A DNA stretch of 64,000 bases, taken from contig OZ024741.1 in NCBI GenBank assembly GCA_964016885.1, positions 304,296,001 to 304,360,000 of the forward strand, given 5' to 3'. The notes beneath the pieces are model-generated. The model saw only the letters and a list, made by a program, of their open reading frames with translations. It made no database searches and had not been told where the DNA came from. Source of the DNA: Eledone cirrhosa. Its lineage: Eukaryota. This document shows positions 14,113 through 28,116 of the stretch, one piece after another; positions within the stretch are counted from its first letter, which is position 1; each line of letters opens with the position of its first letter. The translations under genes were made by a program, and so were the position numbers.

Positions 14113-15759
14113 TAGCACAATGACTGAATGAATGCACCTGTATATGCTTACTACTCCAACCAATTAATTTATGCACCTTCATATTTCCATTTCTTCCCCG
14201 ATTGGCACACCCAACTCACGTACTCCAGCCTCCTTATATATGTAATAAATAAAATCATAGTTCAGTGTTTCTGAATTGATTAGGGATTTTGAGACTAGAA
14301 ACAAGTAGGGATATATATCAATCTACCACAATCAATCAACCCTCTGAAACAATCATAAAACATTGAACTAATTACCTACCTATCTCTGACTTTTGTTTTA
14401 TTTTCATTGTTCAATACACATATATATACAAAATGTTATAGCAATGGAATAATTTTATAACTTCAGTAAATCCTTCAAAATGTTTAATTAATTGATTAAA
14501 ATAGAGTGTATTTCATTAAAAACATGGTCACAAAAGAGTTATGCCATATAACAAAAAGTAAATAGTAGCTATCATGAGACTCTCAAACTCCTGAACACCA
14601 GCTTCACCTTTTCATCGCCAAACTGCCAAAAACCAGCTCTTGGCCTATGAAACAAAACTACCTATTTTAAAGAGTGTTTATTTAAATTTAAATCTCCCAT
14701 CATAATATTATATATGAACTGTATGTTAAGATATTTTCTGAGTAATGATACCATCATCATCATTTTATGTCCATATTTCCATGCTGGCATGACTTGAATG
14801 ATATGTTTTGAGACGTTTAACGGTCAGATAGATACCTTTCCTGGCACCAGCTCATTTAGTTACCTCTTACAACATGCAGAGATACAGTGTACCTATTCTA
14901 AGTAATAAAAAAAAAGGATATACATGATTTTAGTAAATCTATCAAAATTCTTCATCAATTAATTGAAATAGAATGTATTGTATTAGAAATACAGTCACAA
15001 AAGGGTTAATAGATCAAAATACAGGAACACATATGTGAAAAACAGATTTTCAACACTACATTTCAAAATAGACCTTCACAAAGAAAGAAACAAATTTAAG
15101 AACAAATAAATATATATAAATATATCTATAAATAAATATACAAAGGAAATTCTGAAACAAGAATTTCTTTGAAGAATAATCAAAACCAAAAGAAAACCTT
15201 GGTGGTTTCCAGTGGGAGTTATTGTTGCTAGTGTTAGAGGAAGAATTCCATGGGATAGTTTGTTTATTTACTTCTCTATAAAAACCAAACTAAGTAAACA
15301 CAACACATTTTTTTCAAACTAACCCTGTCACACCACCCAAATTAGCTACACACAGAAAAATATTTCATCTGGCTCAAATTTGTACATATACTTCACAGAC
15401 AAGTGTTAAAAATAAAATTGGTGGAATGTTGTTGATGTGATGATACTCATACTTTCACACATACATACAGACACACACACATACATACAGAGATGCACAC
15501 ACAAACACACATACAGACATGCCCACATATACATACCGACATATATAAACGTAGGAGAAAATGACACAAATTCCTCAAAGTTTACCAACTCAGAGGAAAG
15601 GGTTGAAAAAATAAAACTTGATAAAAAGGGGCTGTGAAAGAAAATATAGAAAAAAGAGAGTAAGAGGGAAGGGGAGATAAGAAACAATTCAATTAGATAT
15701 ATTTCTACATGTATACACAATATGTGTGTATGTGTGTTGTTTGGACCCCTGTCAGCTAG

Positions 15760-16022
15760 ACACCAAGTGTTCCAATGGAACAACCTGCTCATGACATTAC
15801 CATGCAAGTGGCTGAGCATTCCACAAACCCGTACATCCTTAACACAATTCTCAGGGAGATTCAATGTGACAGTGTGTGACGAGGCTCTGTCCCTTTGTAT
15901 TACAGGTGCAATGCAGTTTTGCTAGCTGAGCAGACTGAGATCAATGAGAAATAAAGTGTCTTGCTCAGGAACACAATACACCATCCAGGCCAGGAATTCA
16001 AACTCAACTTTGCCACCATGGG
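15760..16022 (-). mobile_element. Old CORE-SINE (tail type 3)
   Basis: Reverse-complement homolog of 16515-16830; further copies at 27400-27710 and 45720-46010. Confidence 0.7.
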
Positions 16023-16514
16023 CCAAATGATATATATATATATGAGAGAGAGAGAGTGAGAGCAAGGGGAAGAGAAAGAGAAAGAGAGAGGATAGAAAGA
16101 GAATTTATCTATAGATAAATTTATAACATGAAATGACCAAAGGACGTGTGTGTGTAGAGAGAGAAAGAGAGAGAAGCATACAACTAGTATACACCACTTA
16201 ACCACTATCCTCCCTCCCCCTTACATACACCTCCCACCCCACCCTTCCCCCATGCCTTTACACCCGCTGCTCCAGTCCCCTGTCCATACAGTAAATGTGG
16301 TTGGCATTAATAAGGGCATCCAACCATAGAAACCAAGCCAGAAACAGTTCTGTATGAGCAAGACATGGTCACCTGATCTTACTTGCAACAAATGGGACAA
16401 CCCGTCTAACCCATGCTATCATGGAAAATAGATGTTAAACAATGATGATGATGACAGAGATGAGGGGCAGCAGCAAATTGACATATTTGTTAGAAGATTA
16501 GATAGATTGCTTTG

Positions 16515-16830
16515 TGTGGCTTTGTGGTTAGGATATTTGGCTCACAATGGTAAGGTTATGCGTTTGATTCCCAGTGGCACATTGTGTCCTTGAGCAAGAC
16601 TCTTTATTTCACATTGCTCCAGTCCTCTCAACTAACAAAAATGAGTTGTACCAGTAATTTGAATGACCAGCCTCGTCACATTTGGTGTCATGCTGAATCT
16701 CCCTGAGAACTACATTAATGGTACACCTGCCTGCAGAATGCTCAGCTACTTGCATGTTAATTTCACAAACGGGCTGTTCTGTTGATCTGATCAACTGGAA
16801 CACTTATCATAACTGACTGAGTCCCAGTTT
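16515..16830 (+). mobile_element. Old CORE-SINE (tail type 3)
   Basis: tRNA-like head, TCCTTGAGCAAGAC.CTTTATTTCACATTGCTCCAGT CORE, tail CTGAATCTCCCTGAGAAC...ATCAACTGGAACAC. Confidence 0.75.
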
Positions 16831-17167
16831 AGTTTTATTCATTCTAACTCTTTCCACCCTGAATTCAAATCTCGCCATGGTCAAGTTTGCGATTCAACCT
16901 TTCATGGTCAATAAAAATAGTACCAGCCCAGTACTGGGGTTGATTTTTCCTTTATATCGCTTTCTCTATCTCTAGAAGAAATCAACTATGCTCAGACCTT
17001 GAGAGGAGATGGGCTGTGAAGTTTAAAATGCCCAAGACACACCGTATGTCACAACAGCACCCATACAACTCTGTCAGGAGTTAGGAAAACATATAGAATA
17101 TGTATATAGGTTTATATCAGGGCAACACCTTTTCCATGTTATTCTTACACAGAAATATCCATAATAT

Positions 17168-17490
17168 TGACTCTTGGGTCCCAAATAATAAGAGGGATGG
17201 AATAATCGGGGGTGTTGGAAAATTGGTAATTTTTCTAGGTTGTTTACGTTGATTTAAAAAAAAAAGTTTACATATTGAGACCCCAGCTCATCCTATTTAT
17301 TTTATAACGTATAGGATTTCTAGTAATGTACTCTTTTTGTCATGTATAATGTTTTTTAATGTCTAAAGAAAATTAATTGTTTCAGGAATGCTACCACTTA
17401 AAATAACATTTGGCCATAGATAGATAAGCAAAATTTAATAAGCAGGGGGATGAAGATGGGGAGTGGCACGATTAATCCAGGCCCGAGAGT
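17168..17490. mobile_element. Non-autonomous DNA-transposon-like repeat; second copy at 48667-48930
   Basis: Long shared sequence between the two loci; imperfect terminal inverted repeat ACTCTTGGGTCC / GGCCCGAGAGTA. Confidence 0.6.
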
Positions 17491-19325
17491 ACACCATCTT
17501 GAATGTGGTCAGTTGTCCTCTGTTCAACATTTCTCAGTCATTCTTCACAGTTGAACATATGCACAGTTGCAACTGGCTGTGTTTACATAAATATTCTTCA
17601 ACTTCATATCACTCACCAAACTCATTCATGCTTCTTGCAGAGAAGTGGGCGGGTGACGGGGGGGGGGGGGGGTATAAGTGAAGACATTAATAGATTTCAT
17701 GGCTAACAAGCAATCATGTAACATTTTTAATTGCAACCACTTCCTCCTACACACTCATAAACACATGCACACACACATGAACACATTCAAACACACACAT
17801 ACACAGAGGCAAGCACACATATAGACACTACTTTAGAAGCTAGTTTGTTTCAGTGAGAAAGCTTGCCACTTAATGTTAAAACCATCTTGTATTTGCTGGG
17901 TGGTTACATTAGATCTGATTACACTCATGCTGTCTCTCTCTCATACATGTGTGTCTGTGTGAGTGTGTGTATTTGTACATTTGTGTGTTGGTGTGAGTAT
18001 GCATGAGTGTGTGCATGTGCATCTATCTTTTTTATAGAAATAGAAACATTAGGAGTGAGAGAGGGAAGGGCTAATTGGAAGTAAAGGAGGCAAACCCAGA
18101 TAGGGATCTGAATTGAAGCTAGTGTGGCATTATCAATCTCATTCATATTAACATCATCATCACTGTTTAAAGTCTATTTTTCCACACTAGCATGGGTTAA
18201 CAACCCTTACTAGTTTCACATAATTCATTCATATCATTTCTACCATAGAAGCACGTCTGTGTTTGTTTCTACCATGACTCAAGTTGTGATGATACATGGC
18301 TTAGTGGTAAGAGTGTTGGACTTACAATTATAATGAAGCAGGTTTGATTCCTAGGCTGGGTTGTGTGTTGTGTTCTTGAGCAAAATACTTCATTCAACTG
18401 TCCAGCAGGGAGGAGAAGTTTTGTACTCTCAATTGTTTCACACCACAGAACTAGGATAAGCACTGGCCTGACAAACCTCCTGGCTTGAGACAGACTTTAG
18501 ATGGTCCGAGTTTGTGTGAAGAGTTACCCGACGCTCTCACACACACACACACACACACATGGAAACAATTTAAGTTTAGTCATCAGGAAAAGAATTCCTG
18601 TAATAACATTTACATTCAATACTAATTTGAATAATGGTCTTAAATAAGAATAATGGTTTTAACTAGCATCATCCGTGAGATAAAGATTAGGTCTCCTTTC
18701 CGTCCAATGTCAAACCATGAAAACCCGTCCAACCCTTGCCAGCATAAAAACAAACATAAAAAGACGATGATGATGATGGTGATGGTGGTGTTGATATATA
18801 TGTGTGTGAGTTTGATTGTTTGTGACATTCATGCCTTTCCCAACACCACAAGTGAAACAAAACCCAACTTGTCAACATATTTCATAGCATTGAACTTAGC
18901 CAGAAATAGGTAAGGAAGTGAGGCATAGATGAATAAATGAAATATATACATACAAATGTAGTATTTATTTATTTATTCTAAAAAGCTAGAAATACAAATT
19001 CAACAATGATAGAATTTGAACTCCAAACACAGAAAGGAAAGGAAAAGAAAGGATGTTTAACTCCTGATGGAAATAATAGGAGCAGAACTCAAGGTCAGGA
19101 CACAGCCAATTTCTTCTAGAGAAAGATAGAGAAGAGAAAAGAAGTGAGAAAGAGATATAGAGGAAGAATCAACTCTATTATTAGACTGGTACTTTATTTA
19201 TCAAGCTCAAAAAGATGAAAGACAAAGTTGACCGAGGCAGGATTTGAAATCAGGGTGCAGAGTGCCTTAACAAATACTGCAAAACATTCTATCTGACATT
19301 CGAACAACTCTGCCAATTCAACACT

Positions 19326-19386
19326 ACAGAAAGGCATGACTAAATACTGTCAAACCACAGAAAGGCATGACTAAATACTGTCAAAC
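19326..19386. repeat. 31-bp tandem duplication
   Basis: ACAGAAAGGCATGACTAAATACTGTCAAAC twice. Confidence 0.9.
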
Positions 19387-19673
19387 AAATAAGCCTACAA
19401 AGGAACCTCTATGTGGTTACTCAACTTACTAGAAATAGTAAACCAAGTCTCCCTCAAAACACACCCACTGTCTAAAAAAAAAATTACATGTTGGATAATG
19501 TGGTCCTAGATTCTGTAAGCACAGGGAAAAGATGGGATGTTCCTAGTAAAATGCCTTTAACCACAAGTGTACTTGATCAGAGTTGACCTGTGGCTAAACA
19601 ACAACAACTGTGAGACATTTACAGCTCAATTATTTCTACAACAATAACAGTTTCTAATTCAAACACAAGTTGA

Positions 19674-19908
19674 TTAACCCTTTAGTATTTAAATTGGCCG
19701 TAACCGGTCAGAATTCTTTCACCTCTTTCTGTTCAAACCAGTTGTAACCAGCCACTTGTACTGATGTTAAGGTATTGTTCTCAAAATAAACAATATCAAA
19801 ATCTCATAGATTCGATATTATGTGAGATATTTATGAGCGATTCAACATTTACTGTGAAAATATAATAGTAAATATAGAGTAATGGGTTAAATATAGTTAA
19901 AGGGTTAA
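19674..19908 (+). mobile_element. TTAA/CCC-ended (piggyBac-like) MITE family 1
   Basis: TTAACCCTTTAGTATTTAAA ... AAAGGGTTAA; homologs at 31516-31744 (+), 35190-35405 (-) and 43714-43920 (-). Confidence 0.75.
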
Positions 19909-19930
19909 ATTGACACCACTACTTGACAGG

Positions 19931-20081
19931 TACCGTATTCCCCGGTGCCGAAGACACTTCGTCCTCAGGGACGCAACCTAATTTTGACAACCAAAAAACC
20001 TTCATCTTCCAGGACACATGGTAGATTTTTGAGACTTATTTTAGGAAAAAAGTAGCGTCTTCGACACCGGGAAATACGGTA
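19931..20081. mobile_element. Tc1/pogo(Tigger)-like MITE inserted at the TA of a SINE
   Basis: 28-bp TIRs TACCGTATTYCCCGGTGYCGAAGACRCT with TA duplication; splits the SINE motif GG(TA)CTTTATTTTATC. Confidence 0.85.
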
Positions 20082-20784
20082 CTTTATTTTATCAAATCCA
20101 GAAGAATGAAAGTTGACCTCGGCATGTGTGTTTGAACTCAAAATGTAAAGAGACAAAACGAATATCCAAAGCTGTTTTGTCCAATATTCTAAGGATTTTG
20201 CCAATCCAACATATTAAAAAGGATAAGTTAGTATTTCTGTTGAGTTTATGTGCATATAATGGTGGTGGTGGTGATGTCGTCATAGTGGTGGTGGTGGTGA
20301 TGTCATTGTTCTCGGCTGTTGTTGTCGCTGTCATTCTTGCCATTATCATCATCGTCATTGGTGTTTTTGTTGTGGAGTTGAAAATGAAGTGTTATCATCA
20401 TCGTCATCATTGTTGCCTACGTATGTGCCTGCCTACCTACGTTGTAGTCTCAGGAAAGACTTGGTGACTTACAATGTTTAGATTTCCTGTTATGCTAACT
20501 TGTTTAGCTCTGCTGCTATTTGTCACAGTGAAAGAATGGCTTTTGTAGCATGCTTATGTTCCCCCGCACTCCCTTCTGCCTTCGGCTGATCTATTTACAC
20601 TTGTTTACTCACAGTTATATAGATACATGTATGCATTTATTCAGACAAATGCTCTTACTAACTCACACAGTTATATAGATATATGTATGTTTGTGCACAT
20701 ATATGCTTTTACTAACACACACACACACAAACACAAAATCCATGCTGCCTTATCCCAATATTCTCCTAAGTGTAAATGTCTAAC

Positions 20785-20951
20785 CATCATCATACGTCCT
20801 CTTTTCCCTGCTTGCAAGGGTGGGACGGGAACTGATTCTGGCTTGATTTCTATGAGAGTCCCTATCATTCCACTGCAACACGTCACCCGGTCTGAGAATT
20901 GAACTCACAACCTTTCGATTGCAAGGCCAATGCTCTAAGCCATGTGCCTCC
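20785..20951 (-). mobile_element. Deleted and rearranged copy of the RTE-tailed CORE-SINE
   Basis: Head and tail match the 6222 copy; CORE is missing and replaced by a short inverted internal piece. Confidence 0.8.
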
Positions 20952-21959
20952 ATAACTGTATATGGAAATATATCTCTATTTATATCTGTGACACATGCCT
21001 ATGCATATATACACATAAACACCCTTCTACAACTGAAATGCATTTCAGTATTTTGTTACGGCTCTTTATGTTCTGGTCTCAAATTCCACTGTAGCCAACT
21101 TTCCCTTTCATCCCTCGAGAATTGATAAGATAAAGTACCACCTTCCCACACCTCCCTCACCATCTAAGTCCCTAACTTTAGTCTTCTTACACTTACATCC
21201 ACCATTGCCTCCACTTCCTCATTCAATCCATGCCAGCATAGAAAAACAAATGCATGCGACTCCTCTTACATCCTCCATTCACAGTCCTTGTCTACCTCAG
21301 GCCAACATGCCCCACAATATGCTGCCAGAGATCATTCACTTTCTTCAAGACCACCTCCATGACCCACTGGTTGCTCCCCTACTCTTCACCTCTCTCAGCA
21401 AGCAACATATAATTACCACTACACCTACTCATTGCCTTCCCATCATGTCCAAAGACACAAGTACCTTAATGTTGACATAGGATAGTGCTGGTGTCCTTCC
21501 CAGCAAGGCCAAAGACACAACAAGCACCCTAGTGTTGTAATGGGGGTAGTGCTGGCACTATGATAAAATTCCCCCAGCCCAGTCTATAAAATGGTGGTGC
21601 TGGTACCAAAATAAAATGCTCCCAAACATGCTGTAAAGTGGTAGAAATCATGCAAAAAAATGAAACATGAGCTATATATCATCATCTGACACGACAACCT
21701 GTCCATTCTATGCAAACATGGAAAACAGATGTTAAACAGTAGTGATAATGCATGTGTACACACACACACCATGAATTATAAAAATCTGTGTGTACGTATG
21801 CCAGTATAATCTCTGACCGACTACTAATTAACTAAATTTGATTAGATTTCTGTATAGTACTACATAAACTGTAGTAATTTTAAATAGAAATATTACTAGA
21901 GTCAATGCTATTAAGTTTAACACTTAAATTCCTGCACTGAGTCAAACCACATTAACCAG

Positions 21960-22265
21960 ATATTTTTGAAGAGTACAAAATAGCACCATGACTGCATTAC
22001 ATTAAAAATTTAAGTCTTCACTCTAATACTGCAAATTGTTCACAGCAATCTGTCCACTAGTAAAGACACTGTAAACATTTGAATCAACAAACTACATGTA
22101 GCTACATTAGCAATAAATTCTTCAAAAGTACAAAACACCACTATGACTGCATCACATTAAGAAATTAAATTCTTTACTGCAATGCTGTAAATTTTCTCAA
22201 CAATCTGTCCAATAATGAAGATTCTAAAACATTTGAATTAGCAAACTATATGAAACTACATTTGT
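21960..22265. repeat. Diverged tandem dimer of a unit of about 155 bp; inverted monomer at about 27010-27140
   Basis: AGTACAAAA..CAC.ATGACTGCAT.ACATTAA...CAATCTGTCCA...AAACATTTGAAT occurs twice. Confidence 0.75.
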
Positions 22266-23314
22266 CTCATCTAATTCTTCTTCTGTTAACTACTGTCAAC
22301 TTCTTTAGTCTACTACTTCTGTCCACACACATCATCATCTGTTAATATCTTCTGTCCACTTCTAACCTCAATCGCTTTTTGTTTTGTGTTTTCTCAGCTC
22401 TACTGCCACCACCACTACTGCTGCTACCATCATATTGGAGTAAAATTGATGTTTTCTAGACAAGGTGATTTTGATCAGATCTGTTTGTCTTTATTGCTTC
22501 ATATGTGTTTTCATTCTTTTCCATTCCTATTCCAACTATATTTATCAACTTCTGTCTCTTCCTTTTATTTATTTTGTTGTTGCCATCAAGTAAACACTGC
22601 TACTTAATGATTGCAGCATTTAGTACAGGCGCCATCTTTTAGGTTTGCTTCACAACACCAAAATTAATCAATATTTTCTTCCATTTCTGATAGATTTTGG
22701 AGTTTTTCTTTTTTGTCTGTTTTACTTTTTACATTCAGAACTACACACACAACAAGTGAGCTTTTGTTTTGAGGGGAATAAAAAAAAATTTATTATTATG
22801 ATGATTGCTGTTGTTGTTATCTGTCATTGGCAGATGTTGATATCAGTAACATTACACTGGCACTATTGAAAATCACTGAAGAATTGTATTTTCCAGGAGA
22901 CACTAAACACTATTTTTATTCTATTTTTCTCTTTCCCTTTTCATGTAAATTTTTTTATTATAGGATTTAACTGCTTACCATTTATAGAAGGACACACGCA
23001 CACCAAATATACATGCACACAGTAAGGATATAGGTACACACAGCACATAGGTACATGCCACATATGCACACTCACATATACATAATCAAACATGTTAAGT
23101 GCATATGCGTCATTGTGGGTGTTTCAGATTGCATTTTATAGTACAGGCTATCTTAAGCTGACTCTAGAAAATACAACTCATGTTTTCAACATACAAAGAA
23201 TGAACTAGGTGGGGAGAGGGTTATATTAGTAGTATGAATGGTTGGATTTTCTTAAAGAAAGTTATCATTGTTTTCTACTCTCAGACTATTGTTTATAAAT
23301 TTATACAGATTCTT

Positions 23315-23640
23315 TGTCTTTGCCCACTTACTCTTGAGAGGGCTGTGAGGGGAAGAGTCTTGAAACACTCCTTCCAGCGGGTCCTGTCTGAAGCAGCCAT
23401 CTCCAATTGATCCAGCTGGATCCCAAAGCAAGACCAGCCATGCTCATGGATCTTATTTAGACCATCTCGCTTGAGGTCTACCCCTGGGTCTCCTGTCAGT
23501 AGATTTTGCCCGTAAAATCTGCCCAGCGATTCTTTCCTGACATCATTCTAACCACATGCCCATAGTATCAGTGCTGTGATTTCTCAATTCAGAGAAGTAG
23601 CAGCTCTACATGGAATGACTCTCTGATCGCAGAGCTATAC
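23315..23640 (-). mobile_element. Old RTE family C 3' fragment
   Basis: Reverse-complement homolog of 48040-48235; also 37330-37480. Confidence 0.65.
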
Positions 23641-24164
23641 AGATTAATATAGTTTAAATATATAAAATAATCCAACTGTTATGTATGAACTAGTGACCAG
23701 TATCATCAATAATGGTGTATTTAATTTTTGGAGTCGAAGATCGGTATGTCACATGTACCAGTATTACCAGATACATGATCAATCATACAAACAGGAAAAT
23801 TTGCATTTTTATAAACTAATTGTTTGTATAAGAGAAATGTTATGCATATCCAAGCCATGTGTATCCCGGTTTGTAGGATAGGTACACTATCTCTGCATAT
23901 TGTAAGAGGCGACTAAAAGCAATGACATTAGGAAGGGCATCCAGATGCAAAACATTGTCTCCAAACATCCCATCCAACCCACATATACACAATGTGAAAC
24001 AATGAAAGAATGAGAAAAACAAAGTGAGGTGGTAATTAATCCATCATTTTACAATCGTTTCAAAGGGCAAAATATCAATATGCAGACTAATCGATGGTAG
24101 TTTCATGATTCTTCATTCATACCAATAGCCTGGTGTGTGTGTGTGTGTATAAAACAAAACAAGG

Positions 24165-24268
24165 TTTCTTTATTGATTATATGCAGTTACAACCGTTTTA
24201 CAGATGGTTGGCTCGGGATATATGTAAATGTTAAAGACCCGACTCCAGCCCTGCTCATCAGACTTGTT
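24165..24268 (-). ncRNA. Degenerate type I hammerhead-like motif (Penelope-like)
   Basis: AGT-CTGATGA-GCAG[hairpin]CTGT-AAAAC-GGTT-GTA-ACT; the core G of GAAA is mutated. Confidence 0.45.
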
Positions 24269-25914
24269 AATCAAGCAAAACCAAAATGCCATAGAATAGA
24301 GTGCTGGTTTTGGTACCTTCCTCAGTAAACCACAAATCTACTGAACCACTTATTTTATATATATCACTCTCCCTCTCTGTTTACTATGAAGAGACATTGA
24401 TCTTCTGACAATAAAACTGGCATCATGACATTGTTTGATTTAGCTGACTTTCCAATTTTCTACAGCTTCAAAGAATGTCTGTCTAAACTAACAAAGAATA
24501 CTCTTTGCAGCTTTTATTTAATACAATATTGATTTCTTTCAGCTAGGCACATGGTGTCAGATTTACAAAAGAATGGAGGGAGGATGGTATGTTGCAATGT
24601 TAATATCTTTCTCAGTAGAATTAGTAGAAATAAAGTGGCTAAACTGACAAAGTCAGACAACTGGGTCCATCAATCAAAAGTTTATTTCTTGTCCTACCAC
24701 AATATATACACCAGTATATATCAGGATTAAACCTGTATTAAACTAGTTAGACCATTATTCAACAGATACTTGTCTGGAACTAGCTGTTGAAATGGCAAGA
24801 GCTCAGCTGTCGAGCCTTGACTCTTTCTAATATATATATATTAATCCAGGCAGAACTATGTTGGATAATATTAAATGAACATCTGCTGAGGAAAGGATTC
24901 CCATTCCACCGCTAAACAATTGCTAGATGCACTTACAACTTGCATATGCATTGTGCAACTTGTGATGTACCTTCACAGAGTCCCAGAAAATTATCAAAGA
25001 TTTTTTATCGATTTCTATTGATTCTTATCTATTCGAGATGGTCCAGGTTAGATTCCTACCTGTTTGTATATATCATTGTTGTGGTATAACTATGGCCACA
25101 TACACTTGGTTACTTTATTCTTGGTGTCACACTTAACTTAGTGTTTACTCTGGACGAAAATAACTTTTTGCACCATTGAGTGCTTTGTGACCGCCTCAAA
25201 CAGTTTGATTGGGATCTGCTCTACTGCGGCTACAACTTCAATTTATATCTATAAATCATCTGATATTGAGTCAAAAATCCTACCAGATCCAATTTTGCAC
25301 ATTATCATTCCAGTATTAATAGAATGTACCAGTAATATATTGTGATCAATGCACTCAGCAATTAATTCCTCCCCTGCAAAAATTGTATAATCTCTCTTTC
25401 TCATTCTCTTAACACTGTCATAAAGGGGTTTTATACTAAAAATTTCAGAACTAATTCAATATTTTGAAATAACATTTCAATGTCTTTGTTATTGTGATAA
25501 TGTTTATTCAGCATTGCTATAGCCTTCTATAACACACTGTTTTCTTTATTATGTCTGTGTGTGTCATATAATAGACATCACACTGCCCAGCCTGTTTTCC
25601 TCTATTCTCCCCTCTTACCTTTTCTATGTCTCATTGCCCTTCTTTGTCTGCACGTTGGACTACACTCCCTATTATTCTCTTCTGTTTTACTATTTCTCTT
25701 TGTATATTTTTTCTCTTTGGGCTAAGCTCTTGCACACTCTATATTTGTGTAATTCACCAAAAGACATAACTTGTTACTACCTGTTTTATGTCCCAATGTG
25801 CACTGGAATGAACAGTATCAACCTTAATGTACTGAACCGTAGAGATTTCCAGAGGTTGACTGAGGAAATGGGACTGTCCACCTTTCCATTATCTTTGTCC
25901 TGAGTGCCTCCGTT

Positions 25915-25917
<3 letters not shown>

Positions 25918-25981
<64 letters not shown>
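25918..25981. repeat. Pure (TA)n microsatellite
   Basis: About 32 uninterrupted TA units. Confidence 0.98.
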
Positions 25982-25986
<5 letters not shown>

Positions 25987-25988
25987 TT

Positions 25989-26256
25989 CTAGACAAGTTG
26001 GAAGACCACGCTATGCTTGTTTATTCCAATTTTGGCATGGTTGGATGCCAACCATATGGAGTGTACTGAATGCATTTTATTATGGTAACAATGTGAGAGA
26101 GCACTCAAACAACTCTGCAAAATTTTGCAGAGTTGTTAGAGTGCTCTCTCATATTGTTACCATAATAAAATGCATTGAGTACACTCCATATGGTTGGCAT
26201 CCAACCATGCCAAAATTGGAATAAACAAGCATAGCGTGGTCTTCTAACTTGTCTAG
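25989..26256. repeat. 268-bp spacerless palindrome
   Basis: 134-bp arms centred on GCAAAA|TTTTGC (26122/26123); 4 mismatches counted by eye. Confidence 0.97.
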
Positions 26257-28029
26257 GGAGGCAGTAACTCCAAATAAAAATTGCATCAAACCATAACAAC
26301 CCATCCAACTCATGCTAGCATAGAAATCAAACGTAGAATAATGCTGAAAATGAAGATAACTAATCTAATAGTTCCAACAGTTCCTCAGCCTGCTCAACCT
26401 AATTTTTCATAAAGTTCCATGACTTTATGCCCAGTTCTCTCCTAACTATTAAAATCTTTGTTCAAAATAATACTTTTATATTACCAATAATACAATTTTA
26501 ATGTGTTATGGACTGTTATCAACATGTAATATATTTAATATATTTAAGAAGCATCTCCAGGGCTTATTTGCCAATATATATATGATGAATGATGCTTTAA
26601 AAGAAGGACAAGATATATATCTAGAACTATACTTGGTATTTTAATTCAGAACTGGAACCAACATAGAATTGTACACACTTTATAAGACACATTGCTTCAC
26701 TTGCCTCAATATATCTAGCTAAAAATCAATATTTCTCCCATTTCATTGATGAATAGGCACAGCTCTTCCTAGACCAATCCACAAACATTAAAAAAAAGTA
26801 GGGAAAGAAATATATCTAGTTTTAAAAAGGATTCATTTCTATAATATATATGTAAATATCAAAACACAGTACTCGTGTTAACATAGAAAAGTAAATTTAA
26901 AAAAAAAAATAATAAATCGAAAATGAAAGTAAATTTAGTTTTTAGAGATATTAAAGTATCATTACTTTCATTACATTTTCCCTCAACATCTGCAATGATT
27001 TCACAGAATATCAAATGTTTATAGTATCATTTATAGTATCATTAATAGTATCATTACTAATGGACAGATTGTTATGAAAATTTACAGTAAACTAAAAACT
27101 TTTAATGTGATACAGTCATAGTACTGTTTTTGTATATTTCATGACTGTTTTGCTAATGCAGTTTGATAGGGTACAGGATGTTACTCTCTAAAATGTTCAG
27201 TTACAGTACAGGATGTTAAAAGTTAATGAGTGTTTCAATGTTACATTAACTCTCACATATCTTCAAAATACATTGGACTAGCAATCTTAAATATTATATA
27301 AATACTTGTTAAATGTTCCTTGTCCTGATTCTACCACAGCTAAACCCTTCAATCATTAACTCACTCAACTATTATGAATGTCGTTGCAGGACCTCTGTTG
27401 GTTCCAGTGATGAGTGTTCCAGTTGTTTAAACATTTGTACATTCTGCTCAAGAAATTAACATGCATGTAGCTGAGCATTCCACAGACAATTGCACCCTAA
27501 ACATATTTCTCAGGGAAATTTAATGTGACAATGTATAACCTGGCTGGTCTTTTGAAATACAAGTACAACTCATTTTTTCCAGCTAAGTGGACTGGAGCAA
27601 CATGAAATAATAAAGTGTTTTGCTAAAAAACATAACACACCAGTGGGAAATGTACTCACATCACTGCAATCTTGAGCTGAATACCCTAACCATTAAACTA
27701 TGTGCCTTCACATGGATCATTTATTTATTTATTTACACACAGGAGTAAATAAACCATCACAATTAATCATATTTGAATAATACATTGAATAATGTTTTTC
27801 ACAACTCATGTGTCCCCCAACTATCTCACTTAAACCAAGGGTTAGCTTTATGGAGCCCCATGATTGTCTTCATACTTATCACAGGATCCTTTTTGAGGCA
27901 ATATTTTACAGCTTGATGCCCTAGTACCAACCTTAGTCACCTCTCATAACACCTAGTGATACAAAGTGATTTTTCTAAACCAGATACATACAGAGATTTG
28001 CATATATCTTCCTAGTTAGCTTTTTAATG

Positions 28030-28116
28030 TTCCCTGCATTCAATATATTAACGCCAACTCCCTGCATTAAATATATTAACACCAACTCCCTGCATTCAGT
28101 ATATTAACACCAACTT
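28030..28116. repeat. 28-bp minisatellite, 3 copies
   Basis: TCCCTGCATT.A.TATATTAAC.CCAAC. Confidence 0.9.

Noticed and set aside
22625-22642. YY1-like GGCGCCATCTT motif as a promoter
   Set aside because: Single motif, the minus-strand ATG stops after 11 codons, and there is no other promoter support
24780-25440. Possible decayed LINE endonuclease or host exon
   Set aside because: Many stops in the minus-strand frame I translated, no ORF in the track, and no motif I could confirm
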